Shown: one piece after another, positions 23,884 to 37,384 of the stretch
Position numbering within the stretch: position 1 is the first letter of the stretch
Layout of the letters: each line of letters starts with the position of its first letter
Source: Mobula hypostoma
Lineage: Eukaryota
Direction of reading: 5' to 3'
Assembly: GCF_963921235.1 (NCBI RefSeq)
Contig: NC_086109.1
Span: 36,210,001 to 36,274,000, forward strand
DNA length: 64,000 nucleotides
The notes under the pieces: generated by a model
Seen by the model: only the letters and a program-made list of their open reading frames with translations
Databases searched by the model: none
Told to the model about the DNA's origin: nothing
Position numbers and translations under genes: made by a program

Positions 23884-26436
23884 AGGTGACTTCAATCAAG
23901 CTTGTTTGAGGAAAATTATCATTAGCACATCACCTGCAGCACCAGGAGTCCCAACACACTTGACCACTGCTACACCATCAAAAGGAATGCCTAAACATTG
24001 ATCCACATGTACCAGGTGACCGTTGAATATCATTTTTATTGTTAATGTGCACTTATGTATTTGCCCTGGTAATGCTAAAATATCTGCCTCTGCCTCTAAG
24101 AGAAAATGATGATGTAATTTTGCATGGATGGAGTAGAACGAAGAGTTGCCATGTTCTAGAGAGAATGACGTTTGAGTGCTTTTCCCAGGATTGGTGAGAA
24201 AAGTTTTTTGCAAGTAAATTGACCAGCACTGGAATACTGTGCTTGTGCAATTTCCTTATCAGCCTACTAGCGTGAGTGAGGAGAACTCATTTCAAGGTCT
24301 AGCCTATATGTGTTTGGAATTTAAGCACATGTGTGCCAAATATTTGCCACTACCGTATTGATGTTGTATATTAGGTTTAGTTACTTTCATACCGTAACAA
24401 GGGTGAGGTCCAAAATTAAGCTAAGATTATAACAATAGGAACTGTGTTTTTTTTAAATTAATTTCATCGTTTTTATCTCAATAACCTCTTTCTGCATTAA
24501 AACATCTAAAACAAATAAAGGATTTAAAGACCCAAAAAAGTATTTGTTGTCCAGTATGTGTAATTTTCCCCAGGCTACAAAGCTAGATCCCAGTTTTGGA
24601 AATTTATTCATTTGGCTGTCTACCTCCTGCCTACATACTGGCAGAAGCTAAAAAGCAATGCTTCAGAAATAAGGACAACAAAGAGGTAGTTGTGGGAGGC
24701 AGAGGATTGGCTATGAGATTGCTTCGAGTCAGTGGACTGGGCCTGTTCCAGGATTCATCAGAGGATCTGAACAAATACACTACAGTTGTTACAGACTTTA
24801 TAAAAACAGTTGTAGAAGAGTGTGTCCCCACAAAATTATTGAGGATCTTCCCTAACCTGAGCCCTGGATGAACCATGAGGTCTGCAATCTGCTGATACCC
24901 AGATCAGTGTTCAGTTCTGGCGACCAAGTACAGTTCCAGAGGTCCAGGTATGACCTCTGGAAAACCATCTCACATGCTACATGGCAGTGCCAGACCATGC
25001 TAGAATCACTGAAGAAGGCACAAGATGCTTGCCAGTTGTGGCAGGGCCTGAATGAAATCAGCTCTTAGCAAGGTAAAGCAAGCAACATCAGTGAGAGCAA
25101 GGCTTCACTTCCAGATGAGCTCAATGCCTTTCATGCTCACTTTGACCATCAAACATGGAGGCAGCTTCACGAACTCCTACAACCCCTAATGACCTTGTGA
25201 TGTCAGTCTCTGAGTACTAAAGACCAGTGCCGATCAACTGGCTGGAGTGTTCACATATCTTTTACCTCTCACTTTGGCGGTCAGAGACACCCACCTGCTT
25301 CAAACAGGCTTCAATTATATTGGTGCCCAAGAAGAACTTAGTAACCTGCCTCACTGACCATCATCCAGTAGTACTTACATCTACTATGATGAAGTGTTTT
25401 GAGAAGTTGGTGATGAAACATATCAACTGCTGCCTGAGAAACGACTTGAATCTGCTTCAATTTACCTAAAGTCACAAGAGGTCAACTGCAGATGCCATTT
25501 CGTTGGCTCTTCACTCATCCCTGGAACATCTGGACAGCGAAGATGCATGCATCAGAATGCTCTTCGGTGATTACAGCTCTGCATTAGATACTATTGTCAG
25601 CTCAAAACTAATCAATAAGCTTCAAGACTTGGCCTCAATACCTCCTTGAACTTCTTCTTGAATATTGAACTTTTTACTGTTGGACTTCGGCCACATTCCA
25701 CCGAGATACAACACTGGGCAGCACGGGAGGTCGTTCCTGCCTGTGGTCATCGAACTTACGGCTCCTCCCATGGAGGGTCAGACACCCTGAGCCAATAGAC
25801 TGGTCCTGGACTTTTTTCCATCTGGCATAGTTTGCATTTTGTTGTTTGATTGTTTGTGGTTTTTGTGCTGCTATATTTATGCTCTATTCTTGGTTAGTGC
25901 GGCTGTAATGAAACCCAATTTCCCTCGGGATCAATAAAGTATATCTATCTATCTATCCTTGTACAATTGGATCCTTGATTTCCTCACTTGCAGACCCCAG
26001 TCACTTCGGATTGGCAACATTTCCTCCACAATCACCATCAACACAGGTCTGCTTAGACGCCTGCCCTTCTTGCATTCTACTTATGACTGTGAGGCTAAGC
26101 ACAGCTCCAATGCCAGTGTTTAAGTTTTCTGACAATATCTCTGTTGTTGGCCAAATCAAAGGTGGAGATACATATAGGAAGGAGATTGAAAATCTGGCTG
26201 AGTGGTTCCACAACAACAACCTCTCACCCAATGTCAGCAGGATCAAAGAGCTGACTATTAACTTCAGAAGGAGGAAACTGAGGGCCATCAACCAGCCCTC
26301 ATCGGGCGATCAGAGGTGGAGAGGGTCAGCAAATTTAAATTCCTTGGTGTTATCATCTCAGAGGAAATCTTCTGGCTCCAGCATTTAAGTGAGATTACAA
26401 AGAAGGCAAGGCAACAACTCTACTTTCTTAGAAGTT
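23884..26436 (+). mobile_element. Fragmented old Rex1/Babar LINE (APE piece 23884-23995; ORF2 ~24610-26436)
   Basis: Plus strand GDFNQACL...HITCSTRSPNTLDHCYT; DLNKYTTVVTDFIKTVVEECVPTK; PTCFKQASIILVPKK...[39 protein letters not shown]. Confidence 0.85.
25649..25955 (+). mobile_element. Short LINE 3' end with (TATC)n tail, inserted in the Rex1 element
   Basis: cattccaccgagatacaacactgggcagcacgggaggtcgttcctgcctgtg...gggatcaataaagtatatctatctatcta. Flanked by TCCTTG on both sides. Confidence 0.7.
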
Positions 26437-26589
26437 ATTATACCAAAATACTCATGCTTTATTTCATCGATTCTTTCTAATTTATTAAGTTTCATTTAAC
26501 AAAATATTTGTCAAGAATACATCATTTTTCTGTTTAATGTAGAAATCATTGTGTGTACGTTATACAGAAAGTTAATTTTGCTAACCATT

Positions 26590-28095
26590 AGCAACACACA
26601 TTAAGTGCTGGAGGAACTCAGCAATTCAGCAGCTATGCCTGCGTGTTTGAGGGCTATGTTCCAAGCCTACACTGGTGACCAACCACACTTTTCCTACACT
26701 ACATTGATGACCGCATTGGTGCTGCTTCCTGCATCCATGCTGAACTCGTCGACTTCATCCACTTTGCCTTCAACTTCTACCCTGTCCTCAAAGTTACCTT
26801 GTCCATTTCTGACACCTCCCTTCCCTTTCACAATCTCACTGTCTCTATTTCTGGAAACAGCTTATCCACTGATGTCTATTATAAACCTGCAGACTCTCAC
26901 AGCTACCTGGACTATACCTTGTCTGGCCCTTTTACTTGTAATAATGCCATCTCCTTCTCTCAATTCCTCTATCTCCACTTCATCTGCTCTCAGGATGAGG
27001 CTTTCCATTCTGGAATGAAGGAGATGTCCTCCTTTTCCAAAAAAAGGGGATTCCTTTCCTCCACCATCAATGCTGCCCTCAACCACATCTCTTCCATTTC
27101 ATGCACATCTGCTCTCACCCCATCCTCTTGCCACCCTACCAGGGATAGGGTTCCTCGTGTCCTCATCTACCACCCCACCAGCTTCTGCATTGAGCACATA
27201 ATTCACCACATCTTCTGCCATCTCCAACAGGATCCCACCACCAAACATATCTTTCCCTCCCCCCCACACTCCTCTTTTTTGCTTTCCACAGAGATTTCTC
27301 CCTATGCAACTCCCTTGTGCATTCATCCCTCCTCACTGATCTCCCTCCTGGCACTTAACAAGTTCTACACCTGCCCCTATACCACCTCCCTCACTACCAT
27401 CCAGGGCCCTAAACAGTCCTTCCAAGTGAGGCGATACTTCACCTGTGAATCTTTTGGGGTTATTTACTTTGTCTGGCCTCCTGTACACCTATGAGTCCCA
27501 GCGTGGATTGGGAGACTGCTTCGCCAAGCATGTACGCTCCATCCGCCAGAAGAAGTGGGATCTCCCAGTGGCCACCCATTCTAATTCCACTTCCCATTCC
27601 CATTCCTACATATCCATCCATGTCCTCCTCCATTGTTGTGATGAGGCCACACTTAGGTTGGAGGAGCAATACCTTATATTCCATTTTGGTGGTCTCCAAC
27701 CTGAGGGCATGAACATCGATTTCTCAAACTTACGGTCATGCCCCCCAGCCCCTCCTCCTTCACCATTTCCCATTCCCTTTTCCTTATCTCACCTTATCTC
27801 CTTGCCCCCCCCCCCCAACCATCATCTCCCTCTGGTGCTTGTTCCCCTGTTTTCTTTCTTCCATGGCCTTCTGTCTCTTTCACCACTCAACTTCCCAGCT
27901 CTTTACTTCATCTTTCCCCCTCAAGGTTTTACCTATCACCTTGTGTTTTCCCTCTACCCTTTCCCCACCTTTTAAATCTACTCCTCGTCTTTTATCTCCA
28001 GTCCTGCTGAAGGGTTTTGGCCCGAAACATCAACTGTGCTCTTTTCCTAGATGCTGCCTGACTAGATCCTCCAGCATTTTGTGTGTGTTGCTCAA
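26590..28095 (+). mobile_element. Older Penelope-like element (RT C-terminus + GIY-YIG + terminal repeat) with a ~45-bp inverted terminus on its left
   Basis: YIDD at ~26700; STDVYYKPADSHSYLDY; AISFSQFL; DEATLRLEEQYLIF. Left end gcaacacacattaagtgctggaggaactcagc is the inverse of the right end ctccagcattttgtgtgtgttgct. Confidence 0.88.
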
Positions 28096-28317
28096 CTTCT
28101 CTTGTTGTTGTTGTTGTTCCTCTCCATGCCTTCTGCTGCATTGGGTGGCAACCTTGCTGTTCCTTTGACATTTTTGCCTGTTTTTACAAGCTCAAGTTGC
28201 TCACTTAATGCTCAAACTAGCATGAATGGAAGGGGTGCAAGGAGCTGGCTGGATCTGAACCCGGGACGATTTGACTTGAAGTCTGGTGTGGATGATGCTA
28301 ATACACCAACCCCCAGC

Positions 28318-28480
28318 AAGGCAGCTACTCTGAAGGTAATAAACAGTGACGTTTTCGGCTGAGACCCTTCATCAGGACGCTTTATTGCCCTTCATAAATG
28401 CTGCCTGACTTCCTGAGTACGTCCAACATTTAGTGCACGTTGCTTAAGATTTTCAGCATCTGCAAAATCTCTTGTGCTTA
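28318..28480. mobile_element. Degenerate miniature inverted PLE terminal-repeat remnant
   Basis: Minus-strand hammerhead-like core (gacgttttcggctgagacccttcatcaggac) followed by a plus-strand terminus and tail ...gttgcttaagattttcagcatctgcaaaatctcttgtg. Confidence 0.65.
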
Positions 28481-29119
28481 TGCTCTCCCTTCTTCAATTT
28501 GTTTTCCCTCTTCTTCCAAAAATATCTGTCAGGCTGGTGAGACACGACCTGGCCCTCAAATCCATTCTGACTATTCCTAATAAGACAATGCTTCTGCAAA
28601 TACTCATAAATTCTGTTTTGCACTAGACAATGAAGAACATATTAAATTGGCCATGGAAATTACTTTATGTAAAGTAGTTAAATGAAGAACAATCTATTTC
28701 TACACATATTAACACATCATAACTACTAGGCTATGATAAACAAACATGGATGGTTCCAAGCAGAATGCAGATGGTGTCTGAAAAATAGCAGGGGAACAAG
28801 TTAGCCTTGCATGAATGAATCAGGAGCGAAGTATTTGAATCTTTAATTATGAACAAAATTGCACCGTATTAAGAACCATATTGCTCGCATAATTAACTGA
28901 GTAGCTCAACTTATTAACTTCCTTCTGTTTGCATGATGGGATTCAAGCTTATGAAAACAATTCCACTATGCAAAGCATTTCCTTATTTTTGCATTCTTGC
29001 ACTCTTAGCTCCTGAAAGTATCAACATCTATAATGGAGATGTGAAGATTTTTCCTTTATGGTACTAGAGTAAATTGGGTTTTTGGGGTTCAGCATCAGAA
29101 ATATTGAGAAGAAAGCATT

Positions 29120-30609
29120 GCAAAATTACTCGTTAGATTCTGGACTAGTTCCTGAGGATTGGAGGGTGGCTAATGTAACCCCGCTTTTTAAAAAAGGAGG
29201 AAGAGAGAAACCAGGGAATTATAGACCAGTTAGCCTAACGTCGGTGGTGGGAAACTGCTGGAGTCAGTTATCAAAGATGTGATAACAGCACATTTGGAAA
29301 GCGGTGAAATCATTGGACAAAGTCAGCATGGATTTGTGAAAGGAAAATCATGTTTGACAAATCTCATAGAATTTTTTGAGGATGTAACTAGTAGAGTGGA
29401 TAGGAGAGAACCAGTGGATGTGGTATATTTGGATTTTCAAAAGGCTTTTGACAAGGTCCCACACAGGAGATTAGTGTGCAAACTTAAAGCACACGGTATT
29501 GGGGGTAAGGCATTGATGTGGATGGAGATTGGCTAGCAGACAGGAAGCAAAGAGTGGGAATAAACGGGACCTTTTCAGAATGGCAGGCGGTGACTAGTGC
29601 TCAGTGCTGGGACCCCAGTTGTTTACAATATATATTAATGACTTGGATAAGGGAATTAAATGCAGCATCTCCAAGTTTGCGGATGACACGAAGCTGGGTG
29701 GCAGTGTTAGCTGTGAGGAGGATGCTAAGAGGATGCAGAGTGACTTGGATAGGTTGGGTGAGTGGGCAAATTCATGGCAGATGCAATTTAATGTGGATAA
29801 ATGTGAAGTTATCCACTTTGGAGGCAAAAATAGGAAAAGAGATTATTATCTGAATGGTGGCCGATTAGGAAAAGGGGAGGTGCAACGAGACCTGGGTGTC
29901 ATTATACACCAGTCATTGAAAGTGGGCATGCAGGTACAGCAGACGGTGAAAAAGGGGAATAGTATGCTGGCATTTATAGCGAGAGGACTCAAGTACAGGA
30001 GCAGGGAGGTACTACTGCAGTTGTACAAGGCCTTGGTGAGACCACACCTGGAGTATTGTGTGCAGTTTTGGTCCCCTAATCTGAGGAAAGACATCCTTGC
30101 CATAGAGGGAGTACAAAGAAGGTTCACCAGATTGATTCCTGGAATGGCAGGACTTTCAAATGAAGAAAGACTGGATGAACTGGGCTTGTACTCGTTGGAA
30201 TTTAGAAGATTGAGGGGGGATCTGATTGAAACGTATAAAATCCTAAAGGGATTGGACAGACTAGATGCAGGAAGATTGTTCCCGATGTTGGGGAAGTCCA
30301 GAACAAGGGGTCACAGTCTGAGGATCAAGGGGAAGCCTTTTAGGACCGAGATTAGGAAAAACTTCTTCACACAGAGAGTGGTGAATCTGTGGAATTCTCT
30401 GCCACAGGAAACAGTTGAGGCCAGTTCATTGGCTATATTTAAGAGGGAGTTAGATATGGCCCTTGTGGCTATGGGGATCAGGGGGTATGGAGGGAAGGCT
30501 GGGGCAGGGTTCTGAGTTGGATGATCAGCCATGATCATAATAAATGGCGGTGCAGGCTCGTAGGGCCGAATGGCCTACTCCTGCACTTATTTTCTATGTT
30601 TCTATGTTT
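29120..30609 (+). mobile_element. CR1 LINE, 5'-truncated (whole RT), young subfamily
   Basis: PGNYRPVSLTS, YLDFQKAFDKVPH, SKFADDTKL and the 303-aa ORF 29604..30515. Tail tttctatgtttctatgtt at 30591-30609. Confidence 0.96.
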
Positions 30610-33315
30610 ACTGCACAATCTTCTGTTTGTTAACTTCAATGGATAGAATGTTAGTTATCTGTTTCTGACATATAACGTCCACCCTTGTTATCCTGTATCT
30701 CTAGTTTGAAGGCGATGGGTACAAAATTATTCAAACTCCCTCCTTGTGACTTATGCATCCTGTGCAAGTTGAAAAAGTTTGCTTGTCTACTTAATTTTAT
30801 CTAATGTTGAACTTGTCTCTGATTACTGTACATTCATTCCCATTTTCCTGCTTAGAAGCTTGTGACTGTTAATTAACTTCCAGAGAGCACCACTGATACT
30901 CTTCTTTAAATTTGATTTTGAGTAACTTAATCTTTCTTAAATCTTTGCTTTGACATCAAAAAAATCACTTTTTCCGCTCTTAATCTTCTTCCTTTTTCCT
31001 TATTTGACCATTTTAATCCCTAGCAAAAGTAGTTCCTTCAATTCCATTAGTCCTACTTGAGCTTTCAAAACCTTCAGATTCTGGTGACTGATGTTCAACT
31101 TAAGTGTTTCAAACTGCTTCACACTCCAAGAGACCTGTCCAATCACAGTGACAAATTCAACCAAAAAGATAAATAGACTACAGCCATTGTTTGGCTTCTA
31201 GCCAGCAGAACATCTCTACCTTTACTTGTATTCTGCCTGGCTGGAATCATAATTTACCTGCCTTGGACTGAGTTTAGTGGTGAGCTTGGCTGTGTACATA
31301 CTGGGCTATCATATTATATATAAAGAGGTGAATTTCATTCCTTTTACCCCGCAGGAGGAGTCCTGAAGGAAAATATTAAATTAAATTGAAATCAATTAGG
31401 TTCTGGAGATTGATGTTGAGAAATTGGACATAATTGTGCACTATTTTAACGATTTCACATACATATATAATGACAAAATCTGCATCCCCATTTACTAACA
31501 TATAATGAGTGGGCAAGATATGAGTTGTGTTTATAACTCAAAAAAGGAGAAAATCCTGCAGCAGATCACAAAGCGTTCCTGTTTTACATCAATTCTTCAC
31601 GTTGTGCATCTGCCAGCCTCAAATTTTGTGCATTTATGCATTTCTCAGTTAGAAAATTGTTTGACAGGTGTTTTCTGACTGACAGTGCTTCCTTCACAAT
31701 GGTCCTATTGCAGCATTATAGAAGTCTTTCTAGTTTATCCATTGCACAACCTATGATTCACAGTGATGTGGAACCACCATTCCATCTATAAAGGATTCAA
31801 TGATGATAATTCAGATTGTGGGGATGTGGGAGGATGGTGACTGGTGAGCAATAATTCCTCTATATTATTTTTACAGCTGCGCAGACCAACCAATGCTTTG
31901 AGCAGGAAATTCTTACACAGTCTGAAAACTGTGTGATGCTTTAAATGTTTCTTTTCTGAAATATGCATAGTATAAATACTTAGAATGAAAACTGAAAAAT
32001 CACATAATTTTGATGTTATTCATTAATTGAAGGATATTATGAAATACAATGCAACAAAGACAATCTTACACGTTTCATAAACTTTTAAACTTTGATGGTG
32101 TCGGCATTCAGTAAGCTGGCTGTTTACTAAAAGGGAGCTACTGACTTCCATTCTGTGTTTATTATTACAATTTGAAACAGTGTTGCATCTTGAAACACTG
32201 ACAGTGGAAGCACGTTGAAACTCTAAAATGTTTCTATGTAAAGGTTGTGGTACATTTGTAATTTAGGAAATATATGAATTATATTAATTATCACAATTAT
32301 TTACAGAGTATTTCACAATTATATTAACATAGATTTCAAAGTTATACTTTCATAATCTCAATATTATATTAACCTTTTATAAAGGATAATTCCAACTACA
32401 GGGCAAAAAAGACTATGTGCGTGGGAGCATTTCAGTTATTGCATTGTTGCGCATTTGCGCAGCCTGGAAAATAACAGTGTTAGTGAGGCATACTGAAGAC
32501 ACATGATGTCAGTCCCTGTACACTTTCCATCAATGCCCTAACAGCTAATCTGTGGCTGATACTGAGAGAGCTTCTCTAAGACCTTGCAGTGCTTGTCATG
32601 CTTGATGACACCAATGATACAGCAGCTGCAATCTCTGCAGGCAACTGCCATCATGAACCACACAGGGAAACTTTTTCAACACCATTCAGAATGAAAGTAA
32701 ACCTTTCTTTTAAGCTGTGTGGTTTTGAAGATCATTCAGTTGGGATTAGCTGGTATTGTAGCAACTTCATAGTGCCTCTACAAAAGGGTGATCTCCAATT
32801 TCTATTCACTACAGGAGTCCAATAGCTCTAGTTTGCAAATAGTAAAAAAAAATCTATGAGCATGCTAATTTACCCTGATTACAATGTCAAGTAAAGTCAC
32901 TCCTTCCAAGAAATCTCACATCACTTGGATTTATCTCAGACAATAAATGCCAAATGGTAAACAAAATAGTTCTGCACTGACATTGTCTGCATTGTAGATA
33001 TGCTTCTCGATGAAGTGGGCATCACACCTGCCAAACTCTGAGGCTCCATACTCTTAACAATAACAACATTGGCCAGCTTTTGTTACGCTTTGATCAAAGT
33101 GCACTAGAAGTAAGTTAACTACAGTAGAATTTAAAAGCAAGTGGACACAGAATCAGAATCAGGTTTAATATCCCCTGCATATGTCATGAAATTTACCACC
33201 ATTCTAAAACATAAATTCTTCAACTCAGATAATGCCGGTCTGCATTTACATTAATCATAGTAAAGTTTCCTTTATAAAAATCACAGAGGCCACTCATATA
33301 CTGTACATTATATAT

Positions 33316-33395
33316 ACACTCAGAGGCCATTTCATTAGGTATACCTGCACATCTGCTCCATGATACAAATACATAATCAGTCAATTGCATGCAGC
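33316..33395 (+). mobile_element. Tc1/mariner terminal inverted repeat remnant
   Basis: TA-cactcagaggccatttcattaggtatacctgcac matches the TIR motif at 53241-53266 and the inverse of 53600-53627. Confidence 0.55.
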
Positions 33396-35689
33396 TTATT
33401 ACACAAATCGAATAATTGTGACATTAAATGCAAGTTTAACACTGACTCCTGTTGTCTAACAGTAGTTTAATCTCTGATCAGTTGTTGTTCCTACCTCCCA
33501 TTTCACAAAATTCAGTAGTTCCAGAATTTAATGCTGCATTTTTCTTTCATTCCATCCAAAATTTACCCAGTTTATAAACTCTGATACTGCTGATTGTATT
33601 GATAATCACCTAGATGCCAAAACTCTTGGCCATTCATGCCAAATTTTCTATTCAGGTTTATGTTTTTTTTTTTCAAGGCTTCACAGAAGCTTTCAGAATA
33701 GAAAAATACTCCACTCACCAGCAGTATAATTTCTATTTCATCACAGCAGCAAGAAGTATTAGTCAGGTTTGATAGAATTCGATAGTTATTAAAAATGAAG
33801 ACCAAATAGGGACTGTCAGAGAAAGCAGAGAAGACACCAAGAGTTATATATGAAGTGATTTGATTAGATTGTTTTATCATGGTGAGGTTTTATGATTTCC
33901 TGGTGCAATTTGCTCTTGAATGATGCAACTTCATTCAGCTTGAAGACAAGATGATCTAAGTCATTAATATGCATAATATAATTTTGGACGACAGATTGGT
34001 GTGTCAGAACCTAATGGTCTTCTTCAAAATTTGGATTGCTGTGTGTGTGCTCCTAAGAGCGTATAATTGAACTCGGCTAAATATTCAAGGCTTTGCAAAA
34101 TTCCAGCACTTTAATTCCAGACTGGTGCAATTGAGATCCCCAGTCTAATACCATTTGAATTAGTATAAAGTATCAAATCAGTAGCTTGAGAATGTTCAGT
34201 AACTCCAGTTGAGTACAATTATGGTCATTAAACATTCAACGAAGTCTGTTGCAAAATAGAGTACAATTACAAATCCCATAACAACTGTACATTGGCAGAT
34301 TTTACAAGAATCGGTCCAATCCTCTAAGGCTTCTTAGTAGCATTTTTTATGGAACAATTAATTTTAAATGACAGAATATTATTTCCATATCGCTGAAAAA
34401 AAGCAGGATACTAGTGATAAAAGAAGGATTTAATATATCCTGTCACTATGTGCTAGTAGATGAATAAATTACAAAAAATATTCTGCAGAGAAAGCTATAC
34501 TGACACTTAGATAGGAACCTCAAACCTATAGACACAGGCATTGTTTTCCATCATCAGGCAGGCTTATGCTCAAACTGACAATACAAACTTAAGCACTCTT
34601 TTCTCTATGCTGAAGTTACCACTCACCCCACCCCATCTCATGCTCCACCATCTCATCTAAATTATCTAACAATGTCCTGGATACCATTTTTATATGTTTG
34701 GACTGACCTAAGCTAGAAATGTGATGAAAAATAACCTCATTCTAAATTGCTGCTGCTAATCAGTTATTCTGAGAATTCATTCACCATAAATGTTTCAAAT
34801 ATACAGTAATTAGTGTGAAATATATAGCAGAGCAAACTGCCGTGTAATCTTCTCACTTCTTAATGCTTAAGTTCTTATTTGCATGTGTGGGTCAAATTTT
34901 CACTCAAGCCTTCAGGGAGTTGCCACTTGATGGAGCAGTCAGGCTGACAAGAGATGACAAAGTCATTTTTGTGGGAGATCCCAATTTTAAATGTCCATGG
35001 TATGCACTGCTGTAATATGACTTACTGCCTTGCTTTATGTATAGCTGTCTCAACATTTTTACCTCAGATTTCACTTAGGGATTTGCTGGGCATATATACA
35101 GAATAATGCAGGTTACCACACAGATACAAAAAAAAGATTGAATTCTTGCTTTCTGAGCTGAGAAATAACGTCATTGTTATCGACGATTGCATAGGTAGAA
35201 ACAGGCGGCCTCCCCACTTCACATTCACATTGATGCAAAATGGTAATGACTACACTGAAGGCATCCACAAATCTCTCAGGTTATCAATCAATTGGAACAG
35301 TGCATCCTTGTATAGTTAACCTCACCCAATCTCTTTGCACCTTTTGGTAGAGTTAACTGCTATAAAATAAGGATGCTTCCATCAAATAAGGCTTATGATA
35401 GCTGCATGATCCAAACCAATGAGGCCCAAGTGCAGAATAATTTAATTTATTAAGTCATTAATGTGCTGTGCATAGGTTTTGAAAGTCAACACACTCTCTT
35501 TGAAGTAATGTGAATTTAACTCGTTGCTGAACTCAAACTCAATTTATCTGGGTGAGGTTAAATGGCTCAAGGATTTCAATGAGCTTTAATTATTTATTTT
35601 ACTTGAACTCAACATACAAACATTAATGAGCTATTTCTTTTAGTCCCCTTCCCTCTAAACCTCAAAATTCAACATCAGCTAGGCTGCTA

Positions 35690-36065
35690 GACTACAGAAT
35701 TGATTGTGGACTTCAGGCAGGGAAGTCAGCAGGTCACACACCAATCCTCATTGAGGGGTCGGTAGTGGAAAGGATGAGTAGCTTCAATTTCCTGGGCATC
35801 GGCATTTAGAAGATCTATCCTGGGTCCTGCACATTGATGGAATCATGAACAAGGCATGCCTACAACTCTACTTCATTAGGGATTTGAGGAGATTTGGCAT
35901 GTCTCTAAAGACTCTTACAAACTTCTAGAGATTTCTACTGGAAAGCATTCTGACTAGTTACATCGGGCCTGGCATGGAACCTCCAAGATTGCAAGAAGCT
36001 GCACAGAGTTATAGATACAGCAAGATACATTGCAGGCACAAACCTCCAGAACAACAAGGACATAT
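35690..36065 (+). mobile_element. Rex1/Babar fragment
   Basis: ttgattgtggacttcagg...gcttcaatttcctgggcatc...ctacttcattagggatttgaggagatttggcatg parallels 12590-12830. Confidence 0.75.
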
Positions 36066-36640
36066 TGTCTGTATTAGGAAACTAGAGCTCATATGGGAAA
36101 ATGAGGAAGTGATAGAGAGGAGTTACAAGGATGTAACCACCCCTGAGTTGCAGAAGGCAGGTTCCTTGGTGACTGTAAGGAGGGGGAAAGAGAGTAGGCA
36201 GTCAGTGCAGAGTACCCCTATGGCTGCACCCATCAATAATAAGCACACCACTTTGAATACTGTTGGGAGGAACAGCCTACCAGGGAGAAGCCATAGCGAT
36301 TAGGTCTCTGACACTGAGTCTGGCTCTGTGGTTCAGAACGGACGGTGGAGAGAAAAGGAGTGTAGTTATGATAGGATATTCTGGAGTTAGGGGGAGCAGA
36401 CAGGAGATTCTGTGGGTGTGATAAAGACACCTAGATGGTACTTTGGCTTCCAGGTGCCAAAGTCAGGGATGTCCACAACAAAGAAGGAGGGTGAATACCA
36501 AAAGTCGTGGTATATATTTGAACCATTGACATAGTATAGTTAAGAAAATATAGGGAGTTACATAGAAAGCTGAAGAATGGGACTTCTAGATAAGTAATCT
36601 CTGGTTTGCTGCCTGTAACAAATGCCAGTGAGGGTAAGAA

Positions 36641-36934
36641 CAGCAACACACATCAAAGTTGCTGGTGAATGCAGCAGGCCAGGCAGCATCTATAGGAAGA
36701 GGTACAATCGACCTTTCGGGCCGAGACCCTTCGTCAGGACTAACTGAAGGAAGAGCTCGTAAAACATTAGTAAGAGATTTACTAGCTCTTCCTTCAGTTA
36801 GTCCTGACGAAGGGTCTTGGCCCAAAACGTCGATTGTACCTCTTCCTAGAGATGCTGCCTGGCCTGCTGGGTTCACCAGCAACTTTGTTATGTGTTGCTT
36901 GAATTTTCAGCATCTGCAGAATTCCTCGTGTTTA
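36641..36934. mobile_element. Miniature palindromic PLE terminal-repeat element with two opposed hammerhead motifs and a 12-bp TSD
   Basis: 36642-36757 is the inverse of 36784-36899. 35-nt tail at 36900-36934. TGAGGGTAAGAA at 36629-36640 and 36935-36946. Confidence 0.92.
36706..36741 (-). ncRNA. Hammerhead motif (core intact, stem III mutated)
   Basis: Reverse complement AGTC-CTGACGA-AGGGTCTCGGCCC-GAAA-GG-TC-GATT. Its partner on the plus strand at 36800-36835 has GAAA changed to AAAA. Confidence 0.55.
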
Positions 36935-37384
36935 TGAGGGTAAGAATAGGATAATTTGACAGATAAATGCATGGCTGAGGAATTAGCACAGGAGGCAGGT
37001 TTTAGATTTCTGGATAATTGGGATCTCTTCTGGGCAAGGTAAAAACTGTACAAAAAAGATGGGTTATACCTGAACTCAAGGGGGTTAAATATCCTGGCGG
37101 GCAGGTTTGCTAGCGCTATTAGAGAGGGCTTAAATGAAATTAGCATGGGGCTGGAAAGCAGATTGATGACTCTGAGGATGGGCAGTTGGTATACAAGTAG
37201 ATTCAGTGTGCACTGTGACTATAAGGAAGGACAGACAGGTGAGAGGGCAATATTGCACTGAGTGGAATGAGCTGAAGTGTAACAGGGAGACAAAATCAAA
37301 AAAGGTGGTGAATACAGGACTGAAGTAGACCGAATAAGGCAGATGATCCCGTAGCAAAGTTAGAGATTGGCAGGTACGACATTA

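Noticed and set aside
23896..24213. Minus-strand ORF ending DQCLGIPFDGVAVVKCVGTPGAAGDVLMIIFLKQA looked like a host exon
   Set aside because: It is the antisense of a Rex1 endonuclease fragment (GDFNQA...TLDHCYT on the plus strand).
32460..33890. Short ORFs and splice-like motifs (32589..32825, 33572..33880)
   Set aside because: No frame-consistent exon or recognisable protein.
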